Shown piece by piece: positions 9,859-18,909 of a DNA stretch of 64,000 nt; position 1 is the first letter of the stretch, and each line of letters opens with the position of its first letter. Where the stretch lies: sequence record LC680884.1. One strand, 5' to 3'. Position numbers and translations under genes: made by a program. The notes below the pieces were generated by a model. The model made no database searches, had not been told where the DNA came from, and saw only the letters and a program-made list of their open reading frames with translations.

Positions 9859-10809
9859 TTATTTTTTGTGGTTATTATTGTAGCAAATCAGCCAAGTAAA
9901 ATAGAGAATTAAACCAATAGAGAGAAATACAAACAAACTAACTCCTATTAAAACGCACTCTTTAAAGTGTTCTAGATCTGTTATTTGTTTCTTAAATGGT
10001 TGGTTAACATAATCTTTATCAACTGAACATGCTATAATAATTCTTTTATAATTAGGATTTATTAATCCACGTTTATTTTTTGGTTCATCATTCAGTCCAA
10101 TAGTTGATTCTAAAGGAACTGTTGTCCATTCAATAAAGCTTTCTTTACCATTATTATATTTCCAAGTGTAATTATCATTGTTACCACTTACTGATCCTTC
10201 ATACATAGCATTTAAGGTATCTTGGACTTCATCTGGATTTTTATATCTAATGATTTCTTCTTTAATTAAGTCGCTGATCTTTCCTTTATAGGAATTCTTA
10301 ATTAAATTGTAAGAAATAAACGGATATTTCCCGCCAATATCTTTATTATTGGAAAAGAAGACTCTGGCTTTCTCTTGATTAACAATGATATCATAGGTAG
10401 TCATATATCCTAGACCATTATCAATATTCTGTGGAGATGCACGCCAAATATAATTACCAATATACTCCTTACTTGCTTTGCTATATTCAACTTCAATTAC
10501 AGCAAAATTATTAAATGTTGAATCTGATTTTACTGTTCTTAAATTATCAGTAGCCCATTTCTCTAGTTGTTTTGGATTGGTAACATCTAATTTACCGTTC
10601 TCGTAATCCCTTGTTAATTTATCGTTAAAATATAAGAGATTACTCCTAGCATGCTGTCGGTTCTGATTTTCTATAGCAGAGCTTATTTTCTCAGAACTAG
10701 TATTAGCTAGATTGATGACATAATTACTTCCCATTAGGAGTAATAATAAAAATGCAAATACTAGAACAGAGAACACATTTAGAGTTCTTTTTGCTCTCTT
10801 GTTCTTCAT
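9859..10809 (-). CDS. membrane protein with N- and C-terminal TM helices and a large extracytoplasmic domain
   Basis: TM at residues ~9-30 and ~285-308; basic N-terminus; late-type motif upstream; 13 nt before holin. Confidence 0.7.
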   Translation of the reverse strand: MKNKRAKRTLNVFSVLVFAFLLLLLMGSNYVINLANTSSEKISSAIENQNRQHARSNLLYFNDKLTRDYENGKLDVTNPKQLEKWATDNLRTVKSDSTFNNFAVIEVEYSKASKEYIGNYIWRASPQNIDNGLGYMTTYDIIVNQEKARVFFSNNKDIGGKYPFISYNLIKNSYKGKISDLIKEEIIRYKNPDEVQDTLNAMYEGSVSGNNDNYTWKYNNGKESFIEWTTVPLESTIGLNDEPKNKRGLINPNYKRIIIACSVDKDYVNQPFKKQITDLEHFKECVLIGVSLFVFLSIGLILYFTWLICYNNNHKK

Positions 10810-10865
10810 TTCTCATGTTCTACCCCTTTCATAATAATAGTTTAGTGGAAATTAATTATTTGTTT

Positions 10866-10917
10866 AATAAATGGAATATCATATTTGGCTGTTAAACCGT
10901 ATGATATTCCATTTATT
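10866..10917. terminator. long hairpin / terminator
   Basis: 18-bp stem AATAAATGGAATATCATA/TATGATATTCCATTTATT. Confidence 0.7.
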
Positions 10918-10923
10918 ATTTAT

Positions 10924-11928
10924 TTATCCAAAATATGAACACTTAAGAACTTTACGTACTTTTAATATATCACTTGCTAATGAATCAACTGGTGAGTGGT
11001 ATAATTCAGCTTTTCCTATCTGATAAACACCCTCATTTTCAGTATCTGGACTTAATAAGAAACAGTAAACTCCAATCACCCTATTAATATTATTATTAAT
11101 AGAAATTAACAATGGGTACATCTGTCCCTTATATAACAGTCCTGAGAAAGCAAAACTAATATGCTTTGGTAGTGCTTTGTTGTTTACTAATTTATTATAT
11201 TCTCCTACAAAATGTCTTAATAAAAGATCCTTTTCATAAGATTTTTTGTAAGTAGTGTAATATTCTTTATTTCCATTTAAAGAAGTTCCAAATCTTCTTT
11301 CTAACATGCTAACTAATTTACTATCAAAAACATTTAATAAGTTAACAGTAGAGATACTATTAATTCGCATTATTCGATCCATATTCTCTAATTCATTATT
11401 ATATTTATTTCTTTTAAATACTGATTCCATTAACAAATCTTCTTCTAAAATATTAGTTTTTGTGATTCCCAAATGTGTAGTTTCAGTAATAACAGGATTA
11501 CTAAATACTAGGCTTATATTAATACTCTCAATAATTTTATCATATCTCGTATTATCCTTAATCATGTTTATAGATAAGATAACATTTTTATTTTCCTTTA
11601 AATTGTAATGGTGGCTAATATACTTTATATTATTTGATTTATCCTCATCTATATTTAGATCATAATTAGTAAATTGATAATTTTCTTTTAGTCTAGATTC
11701 TATTTGTTTAAATTTACTTTCAACTAATTTATTATTGGATTCTACAATTTTGATTGAGGGGAATGAATATTCTTTCTCAAAATTTGAATCATATTCTAAT
11801 AGCATATTATCTTTATCAATAATAATATTTTCCTTTAATTCTTTAGAAAAAAATGATTTTAAATTTTCTGCTAATGAAACAAAATCCCCTTTTATCTCAA
11901 GGGGATTGTTTTTACTTTTATTCTCCAT
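10924..11928 (-). CDS. hypothetical protein, possibly virion-internal
   Basis: 334-aa ORF right after the RNAP beta-C gene; acidic N-half rich in (I/L)xE motifs. Confidence 0.7.
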   Translation of the reverse strand: MENKSKNNPLEIKGDFVSLAENLKSFFSKELKENIIIDKDNMLLEYDSNFEKEYSFPSIKIVESNNKLVESKFKQIESRLKENYQFTNYDLNIDEDKSNNIKYISHHYNLKENKNVILSINMIKDNTRYDKIIESINISLVFSNPVITETTHLGITKTNILEEDLLMESVFKRNKYNNELENMDRIMRINSISTVNLLNVFDSKLVSMLERRFGTSLNGNKEYYTTYKKSYEKDLLLRHFVGEYNKLVNNKALPKHISFAFSGLLYKGQMYPLLISINNNINRVIGVYCFLLSPDTENEGVYQIGKAELYHSPVDSLASDILKVRKVLKCSYFG

Positions 11929-11932
11929 AATA

Positions 11933-12133
11933 TCACTTTCCTTTTTTATCTAATAGTTCTTCTAAATTAGTATCCTCTTTTAATAAATCATTCCCTAATC
12001 CAGCACCCATTAGATATACATACATGGTATTAAGAGTTTGATTTTCAGTAATATCATGACCTAAATCTTTTAGATAAGTATATCCATATAAATTAATATT
12101 TTTATACATATCTGTCTTTGCTACAGAGTTATC
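11933..12133 (-). CDS. second RNAP beta-C subunit (probable virion RNAP), exon 3
   Basis: DNSVAKTDMYKNINLYG aligns with bacterial beta SDDxxGRxKxYxxIxxG; preceded by intron terminal G at 12134. Confidence 0.85.
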   Translation of the reverse strand, partial: DNSVAKTDMYKNINLYGYTYLKDLGHDITENQTLNTMYVYLMGAGLGNDLLKEDTNLEELLDKKGK

Positions 12134-13564
12134 CAAGTTATCTTCCAATGAGCTCGCTACACTCATTGCGTTCTCATAATACTATTTAAAATAGTATTAA
12201 TGAACTGCTCTATGTTTCCATAGAAGTTGAGACTATATCTTCTAAGTTTCCTGTTTCCCAATATAGAAAATTTTCTATACTATACTTCATCCCAGAAGTA
12301 TACTACCAATAGCTTGTAGGGTACTCTACTTAATATAATCAAAATAATTAATATTAGCATTCTTGTAATATTTGTTAAAATTTACTACATTATTTTTATT
12401 AATTAATAATAGATTATATTTTTCGATAGTCGTTGAACTTTCTTTTATTAATTCTTTAATTATTATGTCTAGGTTTTTATTGATTTTGTAACTTATTCTA
12501 ATCAAAGTGTATTCACTATTTTTTATAAAATCATTCTTTTCTTGGTCTCTTTTTATCTGTGACAAGAAACCATTTTTATCATTAAATTTTTGGTGGAAAT
12601 GTTGGCTACCATCATACTCTATTAATAGGTTTAAACTAGGTATATAAAAATCAAATTTTTTACCTTTACCCAACTCTCTAATAGAATATTCTTGAATAAA
12701 ATAAATATTTAATTCATTTAATGTCTTTTTTATAACTTTAGAAAAGAAAGATTCATTATTAAGAAAATTACACTTTGGACAACGAGAATTTCTATGAATA
12801 AACTCTTTAGGGGAAGTTTTATATTTATGACCACAAATATTATGAATAATTTTTATAGGCGTATCAGTATTTATATACTCATCTAAAAAAGTATATTCTT
12901 CTCCTACTAATTTGCTAATTTCATTAACGAATTCCTTATTTGTTCTTTTAATATTATTAGCACATTTAGGACATCTTTTTCCACCATTTAGGAAATTATT
13001 AGGTGATACACAATATTTATATCCACAAATATTATGAATTACTTTTAAATTGTTATTAGTACCATTATATTTTTCTAGAAAGGTATAATCATTTTTAGTT
13101 ACTTTTTTTACTCTATTAATGAATTCCTCATTTGTCATTCTTGACCGATCAGCCATTTTTTGAACAGTACATTTAGGACATCTTTTTCCACCATTTAGGA
13201 AATCATTAGGAGTAACCATGTATATATTATTACAAATATTATGCTTTACCTTTATTTTAGTCAGTGATCGTACATACTTCTCTAAAAATGTATATTCTTC
13301 CCCTACTAACTCTATAACTTCATTCATAAATTCCTCATTGCTTTTTCTTCTAGGCATAAAATTTAATTACCTCCAACACTAAATTTAAATATATTTTTGT
13401 TTTAGCATTGTCAGCTCTTTTAAAGAATTATATAAAAGCTTAGCTGCTGATTGTCCAATCTTATTAGTTCTTATAACCTTCACGCTCACTGTTACCAGTC
13501 ACGTTGTGGTCTAATAAGCTCTAAGGAGTTTCCAGCAATTAAGGAAATTACGAGCCAATAATCT
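12134..13564 (-). mobile_element. group I intron (IA-like, 1431 nt) with endonuclease ORF
   Basis: 5' exon ends in T (GCT), intron ends in G; P TTGCTGGAAA, Q AATCAGCAG, R TTCAACGACTA, S AAGATATAGTC. Confidence 0.9.
12326..13357 (-). CDS. intron-encoded homing endonuclease (3x H..C..RCPxC Zn repeats plus Vsr/DUF559-like nuclease)
   Basis: Repeats EEF..V...EYTFLEKY...KHNIC..Y..PN.FLNGGKRCPKC; C-terminal FDFYIP..LLIEYDGSQHF..RD..KN..LIRI. Confidence 0.85.
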   Translation of the reverse strand: MPRRKSNEEFMNEVIELVGEEYTFLEKYVRSLTKIKVKHNICNNIYMVTPNDFLNGGKRCPKCTVQKMADRSRMTNEEFINRVKKVTKNDYTFLEKYNGTNNNLKVIHNICGYKYCVSPNNFLNGGKRCPKCANNIKRTNKEFVNEISKLVGEEYTFLDEYINTDTPIKIIHNICGHKYKTSPKEFIHRNSRCPKCNFLNNESFFSKVIKKTLNELNIYFIQEYSIRELGKGKKFDFYIPSLNLLIEYDGSQHFHQKFNDKNGFLSQIKRDQEKNDFIKNSEYTLIRISYKINKNLDIIIKELIKESSTTIEKYNLLLINKNNVVNFNKYYKNANINYFDYIK

Positions 13565-13672
13565 AGCTCGTGGTCCAAGGAATTCTTTTAAAGCATTATC
13601 AGCTCCTATAGCAACAAGACTATATGATTCAATATCAGATATTCTGGCAATTTTGTCATTACCTGTAACTTG
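13565..13672 (-). CDS. second RNAP beta-C subunit, exon 2 (108 nt, 36 aa; not in ORF track)
   Basis: QVTGNDKIARISDIESYSLVAIGADNALKEFLGPRA aligns with [39 protein letters not shown]. Confidence 0.9.
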
Positions 13673-14924
13673 CGTATCTTCCAGTAGACTCGCTACATCT
13701 ACTGCGTTCTCTTATGAACTGCTCTATGTTACCATAGAGACGAGACTATATCTTTATCCGTTAAGGATACCTCCTGTTTCCATTTAAGGGATTCTCACCC
13801 ACTCCAATAGCTTGAGCCGTACTCCTATTGCGGAATTTCACCGCTACTCACAATCGTATGATTGCTTTCGGATAGTCGTTGAACGTTTTGAATAAAATTC
13901 TCTAGAATATCATTGATTTCATTAAATTCTGTATAACGAATTCTTAATAGTGGTATATTATTTTTATTACAGAAATCATTTTTTATTTTATCTCTTTTTC
14001 TTACTCCTTCTATATAACTCTCATTAATAAATCCACCAGTTTTAAAATGTTGTTTTCCATCAAATTCAATTAAACAAAAAGTCTCATTATTCAAAGATAC
14101 CTTAAAATCAAATCTTAAAGGTCTTTTATCTCTGCATTTTTTCATTGAAAATTCAGTCTCATAAGAAAGATTCTTGTTCTCCAACCATTCTCTTATTTTA
14201 GATTCCCCATCAGATATATTTCTACAATTAGGACATCTATTATAGCATGTAGTGAAATTAATTGGTCTAATTAACCATTCATAACCACATTTTTCATGTC
14301 TCATTAAAATTTTAGTTTCACTATTCTTATATTCTGAGAGAACTGAATATTCGTCACCAACTATTTCAAAGACTTTTTCCTTAAATTCTTCAGTTGTAAG
14401 TTTCTTACTTCCTCCACAGATATTACAACCATATCCATTGAGAAGATTATCAGGTCTTACTTCCCATTTATTTCCACATTTATTATGTTTAACTGGTAAA
14501 TGTGTCCGGTTATTTATATAATTACCTAATATGGTGTATTCATCATTATATTTATCTTTTACTTTTTTAATAAAAGAACTATGAGTTAATTTTGAGTTTT
14601 TTAAAGGAGAACAATAATGACATCTTTGGTTTCGTCTAAAATTTCTATAATTTGTATTGAATTTTTTCCCACATACTTTGTGTTTAACCTCAATCATAGT
14701 GTTCTTATAACCATTAAATATACCACTTATAAAAATAAAATCTTTATTTAATTCGTTTACAGTCTTTTTTAAATCCATGATTTCCACCAACCTAACCTCA
14801 TTTTTAGTTAATTAAATGTTAGGTTTTTATTCAAATTCGCTTCTGATTGTCCTAAAAATTAGGATATCCCAGAAATTAAGGAGAGTGTTTGCCATTATAT
14901 TGCTATAATGGAGAGCCAATTATA
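13673..14924 (-). mobile_element. group I intron (IA-like, 1252 nt) with endonuclease ORF
   Basis: 5' exon ends GGT, intron ends ...GAAGATACG; Q AATCAGAAG, R TTCAACGACTA, S AAGATATAGTC; 3' part resembles the neighbouring intron. Confidence 0.9.
13825..14790 (-). CDS. intron-encoded homing endonuclease (Zn repeats plus Vsr/DUF559-like nuclease)
   Basis: Three H(K/E).CG...CxxC repeats; PLRFDFKV..LIEFDGKQHF..RDKIKN..LLRIRY. Confidence 0.85.
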   Translation of the reverse strand: MVEIMDLKKTVNELNKDFIFISGIFNGYKNTMIEVKHKVCGKKFNTNYRNFRRNQRCHYCSPLKNSKLTHSSFIKKVKDKYNDEYTILGNYINNRTHLPVKHNKCGNKWEVRPDNLLNGYGCNICGGSKKLTTEEFKEKVFEIVGDEYSVLSEYKNSETKILMRHEKCGYEWLIRPINFTTCYNRCPNCRNISDGESKIREWLENKNLSYETEFSMKKCRDKRPLRFDFKVSLNNETFCLIEFDGKQHFKTGGFINESYIEGVRKRDKIKNDFCNKNNIPLLRIRYTEFNEINDILENFIQNVQRLSESNHTIVSSGEIPQ

Positions 14925-16166
14925 ACCCGATTTCATGTTTCTTTGTGCAATATCAAGAGAATAAGTATTCTTTTTACTTAGAATTTGTTGTACTCGCTTA
15001 ATTGTAATATAACCAACAGGTACTTTATATGCAGTTCTAATAGGATCATTTTTATGACCATCATGTCGAAGATATACATACTCATCAGTTGGTACTTTTA
15101 AGATATCTAGTGCTTTTTTAATTTGCTTTAATGAAGGTTCACTTTTATTAGGTAAAATTTCAAGATAAAAATTTTCATCTTCATCTTTTAGGAATTTTTT
15201 CATATATCTATCAAATTGTTCATCATTCATTTTACCAAAGAACTCTTTATATTTTCTCAAGTTAGCTCCAGTATCATCTAAAATTGAAAGTACCTTATAT
15301 ATTAAATCTTCTACCTTTTGTCTCTTTGATAGATTCTTTGGTGCGGCTTCTAGTAGTTGTTCATCTACTGATTCTTTTATATTTTTTTCAAATAATTCAA
15401 AAGGATCTGATTCACTGATTGGCTCTTTAGTTATTTTTTCTACGGTAAGCGTTCCATCATTATTTATTTGAATTTCCCCATAAGTAGCTAAATGTAGAAC
15501 CATTCTTTTTGTATCTTCTTCAGAGCTTAATACTTTATTAGAATTCTCTATTTCATCTTTCATCATTTCTCTTGATGCTTCTAATAATAATTTATTTTTT
15601 GATACAATTGTACCATACTCTTTTTTTAGAAAACTATACATCTTATCAAAAATTTCTTTATCTGTTAGTTTATTAGGACGCTCATCTGTATTAGAGAATG
15701 CCTTTTGATTAGAATAGAATTTCCAATAATGACGAATCATAGCTTCAATTCTCAATATTGACATCCTATCTGCATCTGCAATAACCTTTGAATATAAAGA
15801 TGTAAATATTCCTGTTTCTCTACTTGTACCATCGTGTTCTTTACAAGCAGATTCAATAATCTCCATTTGACTTCCATCAAAATATCTTAACAAAAATTGA
15901 TCTGCTTTTATGCTCATTAATGTATTAAAATTATTTTCATCTTCTTCAATATAACCAAAATCATGCATTACTGCAATTGTAAAACACATATTGTAATCTA
16001 AATGTAATTTTTCAGCTAACTGTAAACTAAAATCAATAGTATCGTATAATTTATCTTCATCAATATTTTGACTTGCTATAAATTTTGGAACAAATTCCTT
16101 GTCACAATATTGTACTAGATCATATTGAACTCTTTCTATGTTCCGAATACCTTTAAAAAATGACAT
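14925..16166 (-). CDS. second RNAP beta-C subunit, exon 1, with N-terminal HD-hydrolase domain (spliced product about 516 aa)
   Basis: MHDFG, EHD, IADADR (HD motifs), then VPVGYITIKRVQQILSKK (beta GYMYMLKLxH region); ends ...NMKSG at the splice site. Confidence 0.85.
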
Positions 16167-16192
16167 AATAATCCTCCTACTTATCTAGTCTA

Positions 16193-16229
16193 TAATTAAT
16201 TGTTGTCTTCTTCAATAAACAATATATTA
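16193..16229. promoter_or_regulatory. divergent pair of late-type promoters (AACA-N6-TA)
   Basis: Minus strand AACA-ATTAAT-TA (16204-16193); plus strand AACA-ATATAT-TA (16218-16229); matches the published AR9 late consensus as I recall it. Confidence 0.7.
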
Positions 16230-16252
16230 TATCACATATTGGAGGTTTTCAT

Positions 16253-16675
16253 ATGAATGAAAAACAGTTAAAATTAGTTGAGTCTTCATTTATGTTTAAT
16301 GAAGCAATTCGTGTAAGTAAAGGAGCGCCTGATCTTAAAAAAGCTATTGAAATTGCTCTTAAAGAAACAAACGCTAAGGCTCAAAAGAAAGGATTAACGC
16401 CAGTAAAAAGTGTTAATGAATTAAAAGACTCAGAAGAACTAAAAGCATTATTCTCAAGTAGTATGAAAAGTACATTTTCTATAGGAAAACTCACCAAGAT
16501 CTCTACTCAAAACTTCAAAACCTTTAATGGTCAAGTAGTTATTACAGAAGAAGGTCCAACAGCTAAAGGTTCTATGAGAACTGTATACGCTTTGTATAGA
16601 TCTAAAGATGGTAAAATTAAAACAGTTAAAGTTAATTTTAAACCACTTCTAAATATGAAGGGTAAAATGAAATAA
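16253..16675 (+). CDS. small basic protein, candidate head-internal protein
   Basis: GGAGG RBS, late motif; N-terminal LVES..FNEA then Lys-rich body. Confidence 0.7.
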   Translation: MNEKQLKLVESSFMFNEAIRVSKGAPDLKKAIEIALKETNAKAQKKGLTPVKSVNELKDSEELKALFSSSMKSTFSIGKLTKISTQNFKTFNGQVVITEEGPTAKGSMRTVYALYRSKDGKIKTVKVNFKPLLNMKGKMK

Positions 16676-16680
16676 TTATA

Positions 16681-16719
16681 AATAACAGTTAAGTGTTTAA
16701 AATCACTTAACTGTTATTT
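16681..16719. terminator. bidirectional terminator
   Basis: 15-bp stem AATAACAGTTAAGTG/CACTTAACTGTTATT between convergent genes. Confidence 0.8.
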
Positions 16720-16722
16720 CAT

Positions 16723-17157
16723 TTACATTATCATTTTCTCCCACTTTTCTGTCTCAAGATTGTAAACACGTCTATTATCATGAAATGAAAAATAGAACTC
16801 AGTATTATTTTTCTTTTTTCTTAAAGTTGCCTTTTTAAATATAGGTTTAAACTCATTTGCAAGTTTAAAAGATGCCTCAATATCACTTAGAGTATTTTCA
16901 ATTGAATCAGTTGTAAAAACATTTTGAATGCTCATTAGTGTTTTCTCTTTTCCATATCTTTGCGGTTCAACAACTTCTATATCTATTAAGTTATCTTGTT
17001 TATCTTTTACTGCTCTAAAAATAACCTTTTTAGGTGGCGGGTTCATACTATTTACCATTTTTTCGATTTTTAATAAAACATTTTCTCTTGATATTACTTT
17101 TGCTTCTAATAATGAATTAAGAAGCAATGTCTCCTTTAAAATTTTCTCTCTGCTCAA
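16723..17157 (-). CDS. small basic protein, candidate head-internal protein
   Basis: N-terminal ILKE..SLLEA then Lys-rich body. Confidence 0.7.
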   Translation of the reverse strand: MSREKILKETLLLNSLLEAKVISRENVLLKIEKMVNSMNPPPKKVIFRAVKDKQDNLIDIEVVEPQRYGKEKTLMSIQNVFTTDSIENTLSDIEASFKLANEFKPIFKKATLRKKKNNTEFYFSFHDNRRVYNLETEKWEKMIM

Positions 17158-17226
17158 GTTTAATCCCCCTTATATCAACATTCTATTTGTAGATTCCTAT
17201 AATGCATTGTTTTGTTAAAAAATAGG

Positions 17227-17273
17227 AAAAACAAGGATTCAGCGGTATAATTAACCACCAAATCCTTGTTTTT
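17227..17273. terminator. intrinsic terminator after phoH
   Basis: AAAAACAAGGATT / AATCCTTGTTTTT stem. Confidence 0.7.
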
Positions 17274-17274
17274 C

Positions 17275-18603
17275 TTATAATCGTTCTGTTACTTCTTGAG
17301 CTAAAGGAGATCTTTGATTTTCTTCAGTTTTAAAAGTGATTTGTCTGCAAAGTGAACTACCTTTCATTTTATCAGAAGCATATGCTAAACCATTAACAGC
17401 TTTAGTTAAATAAGGATGATCAATCTGATCAGTATCTCCACAAATAACAATTTTTGTACCATAACCAACACGAGAAAGAATACCTTTCATTGCTTTAGGT
17501 GTAACATTTTGTGCTTCATCTATAATAATAAAAGTATTAGGAATAGATCTTCCTCGTAAGTATCCAACTGCTTGGGTAACGATAGTTTCTGTTTCAAATA
17601 GATTATTTATTACTGATTGTTCATCAATTAATACTTCTAAATTATCCATAATAGGGCGCATTAATGGTGCTATTTTTTCATTTTCATCTCCCGGAAGGAA
17701 TCCAAGTGTTTCTTCCATTAAAACATTTGGTCTACAAACTAAAATCCGTCTATATTCTTGTCTATCAACTACTGTATCTAGTGCTGAAGCAATTGATAGA
17801 AAAGTTTTAGCTGTTCCTGCTGGACCTTTTAGTATTACCAATGGTGTTTCTTTTGGAGTTTGCATTAATGCATCAATAGCAAATCTTTGAGCCGCATTTT
17901 TAGGTTGGACTTGATAAGGATTATATTCTCCAAAAATTAACTTTTTAATATAACCATTTGTATAGTAACCTAAACCCGTTTGATTTAAATCTGTATTTGA
18001 CATTAGGGTAATATATTCATTCTCTGTTAAGATACTAGGATCAATAATATTACCGTCCATATCATACATTTCAGTTGTTAATGTATCGATAGTGCCTTCA
18101 GAGAAGAATAAATTTAGATCATCTTCTGTTAATAAGATATCTCGTCTACCTGAATATTCATCTTCAACTCTATCAGTAATAAAATCTTCATTTTGAATCT
18201 CAAGAATAGTTGCCTTAAGACTTCTTAAAGGACTTTTTGTTACAAAATGTACATCTTCACCTTGATTTATTAAATATTGACAGACTTGAAGCATTTTATT
18301 ATCATTATCATTTTTATTCCAGCCATCTGGCATTTCAATATCAGCATAATTAGTTTCAATGACAATAATACCCTCATTATCCATCTCTATACCTTCAGTA
18401 ATATTGCCTTGCTTACTCAGTTCATTAATATATCTAATAGCATCACGAGCATTTTTTCCTGATTCATCACTTGATTTTCTACGCTTACTTAATTCTTCAA
18501 TAACTGTTTCTGTTATTACAATCTTATTATCCTCAAAAGAAAATAATGATTCAGGGTAATGACATAGTACTGATGTATCTAAGACAAAAGTTTTATTGCT
18601 CAT
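17275..18603 (-). CDS. phoH: PIN domain-PhoH ATPase (PhoH2/YlaK-like)
   Basis: FVLDTSVL..VIEEL (PIN); GPAGTAKT, YLRGRS, IIDEAQN, GDTDQID (PhoH). Confidence 0.92.
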   Translation of the reverse strand: MSNKTFVLDTSVLCHYPESLFSFEDNKIVITETVIEELSKRRKSSDESGKNARDAIRYINELSKQGNITEGIEMDNEGIIVIETNYADIEMPDGWNKNDNDNKMLQVCQYLINQGEDVHFVTKSPLRSLKATILEIQNEDFITDRVEDEYSGRRDILLTEDDLNLFFSEGTIDTLTTEMYDMDGNIIDPSILTENEYITLMSNTDLNQTGLGYYTNGYIKKLIFGEYNPYQVQPKNAAQRFAIDALMQTPKETPLVILKGPAGTAKTFLSIASALDTVVDRQEYRRILVCRPNVLMEETLGFLPGDENEKIAPLMRPIMDNLEVLIDEQSVINNLFETETIVTQAVGYLRGRSIPNTFIIIDEAQNVTPKAMKGILSRVGYGTKIVICGDTDQIDHPYLTKAVNGLAYASDKMKGSSLCRQITFKTEENQRSPLAQEVTERL

Positions 18604-18743
18604 GATCTAATCTCAATCCTTCCCATCAAATTTAATATAATGTTCCATTCTCTAATTTTTTTAAGCAAATAAAAAAATAAACAAAATTAATAATAGGGGT
18701 TTTTAGGGAAGGATTAATAAAAAAAAATATTATTTAATAAAAT

Positions 18744-18804
18744 AATAATAAAGGATATTCAAATATATAACATGTTGTTATATAAAATGATATCTTTTAT
18801 TATT
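18744..18804. promoter_or_regulatory. imperfect 61-bp inverted repeat containing overlapping divergent late-type promoters
   Basis: Outer arms 18744-58/18790-804 (1 mismatch), inner arms TATATAACA/TGTTATATA; AACA-N6-TA on both strands. Confidence 0.6.
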
Positions 18805-18909
18805 TATAAAAAATACATAACCAATTAATGTATGTAAGAAAGAATTATTTAAATTAGTCATTAAATATATATTATTAAAAAGAATAATTTAAAAAGGAGA
18901 AATATAATT

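Noticed and set aside
11933-12166. 77-aa stand-alone ORF MSVASS...
   Set aside because: The first 11 codons are intron sequence; the rest is RNAP exon 3.
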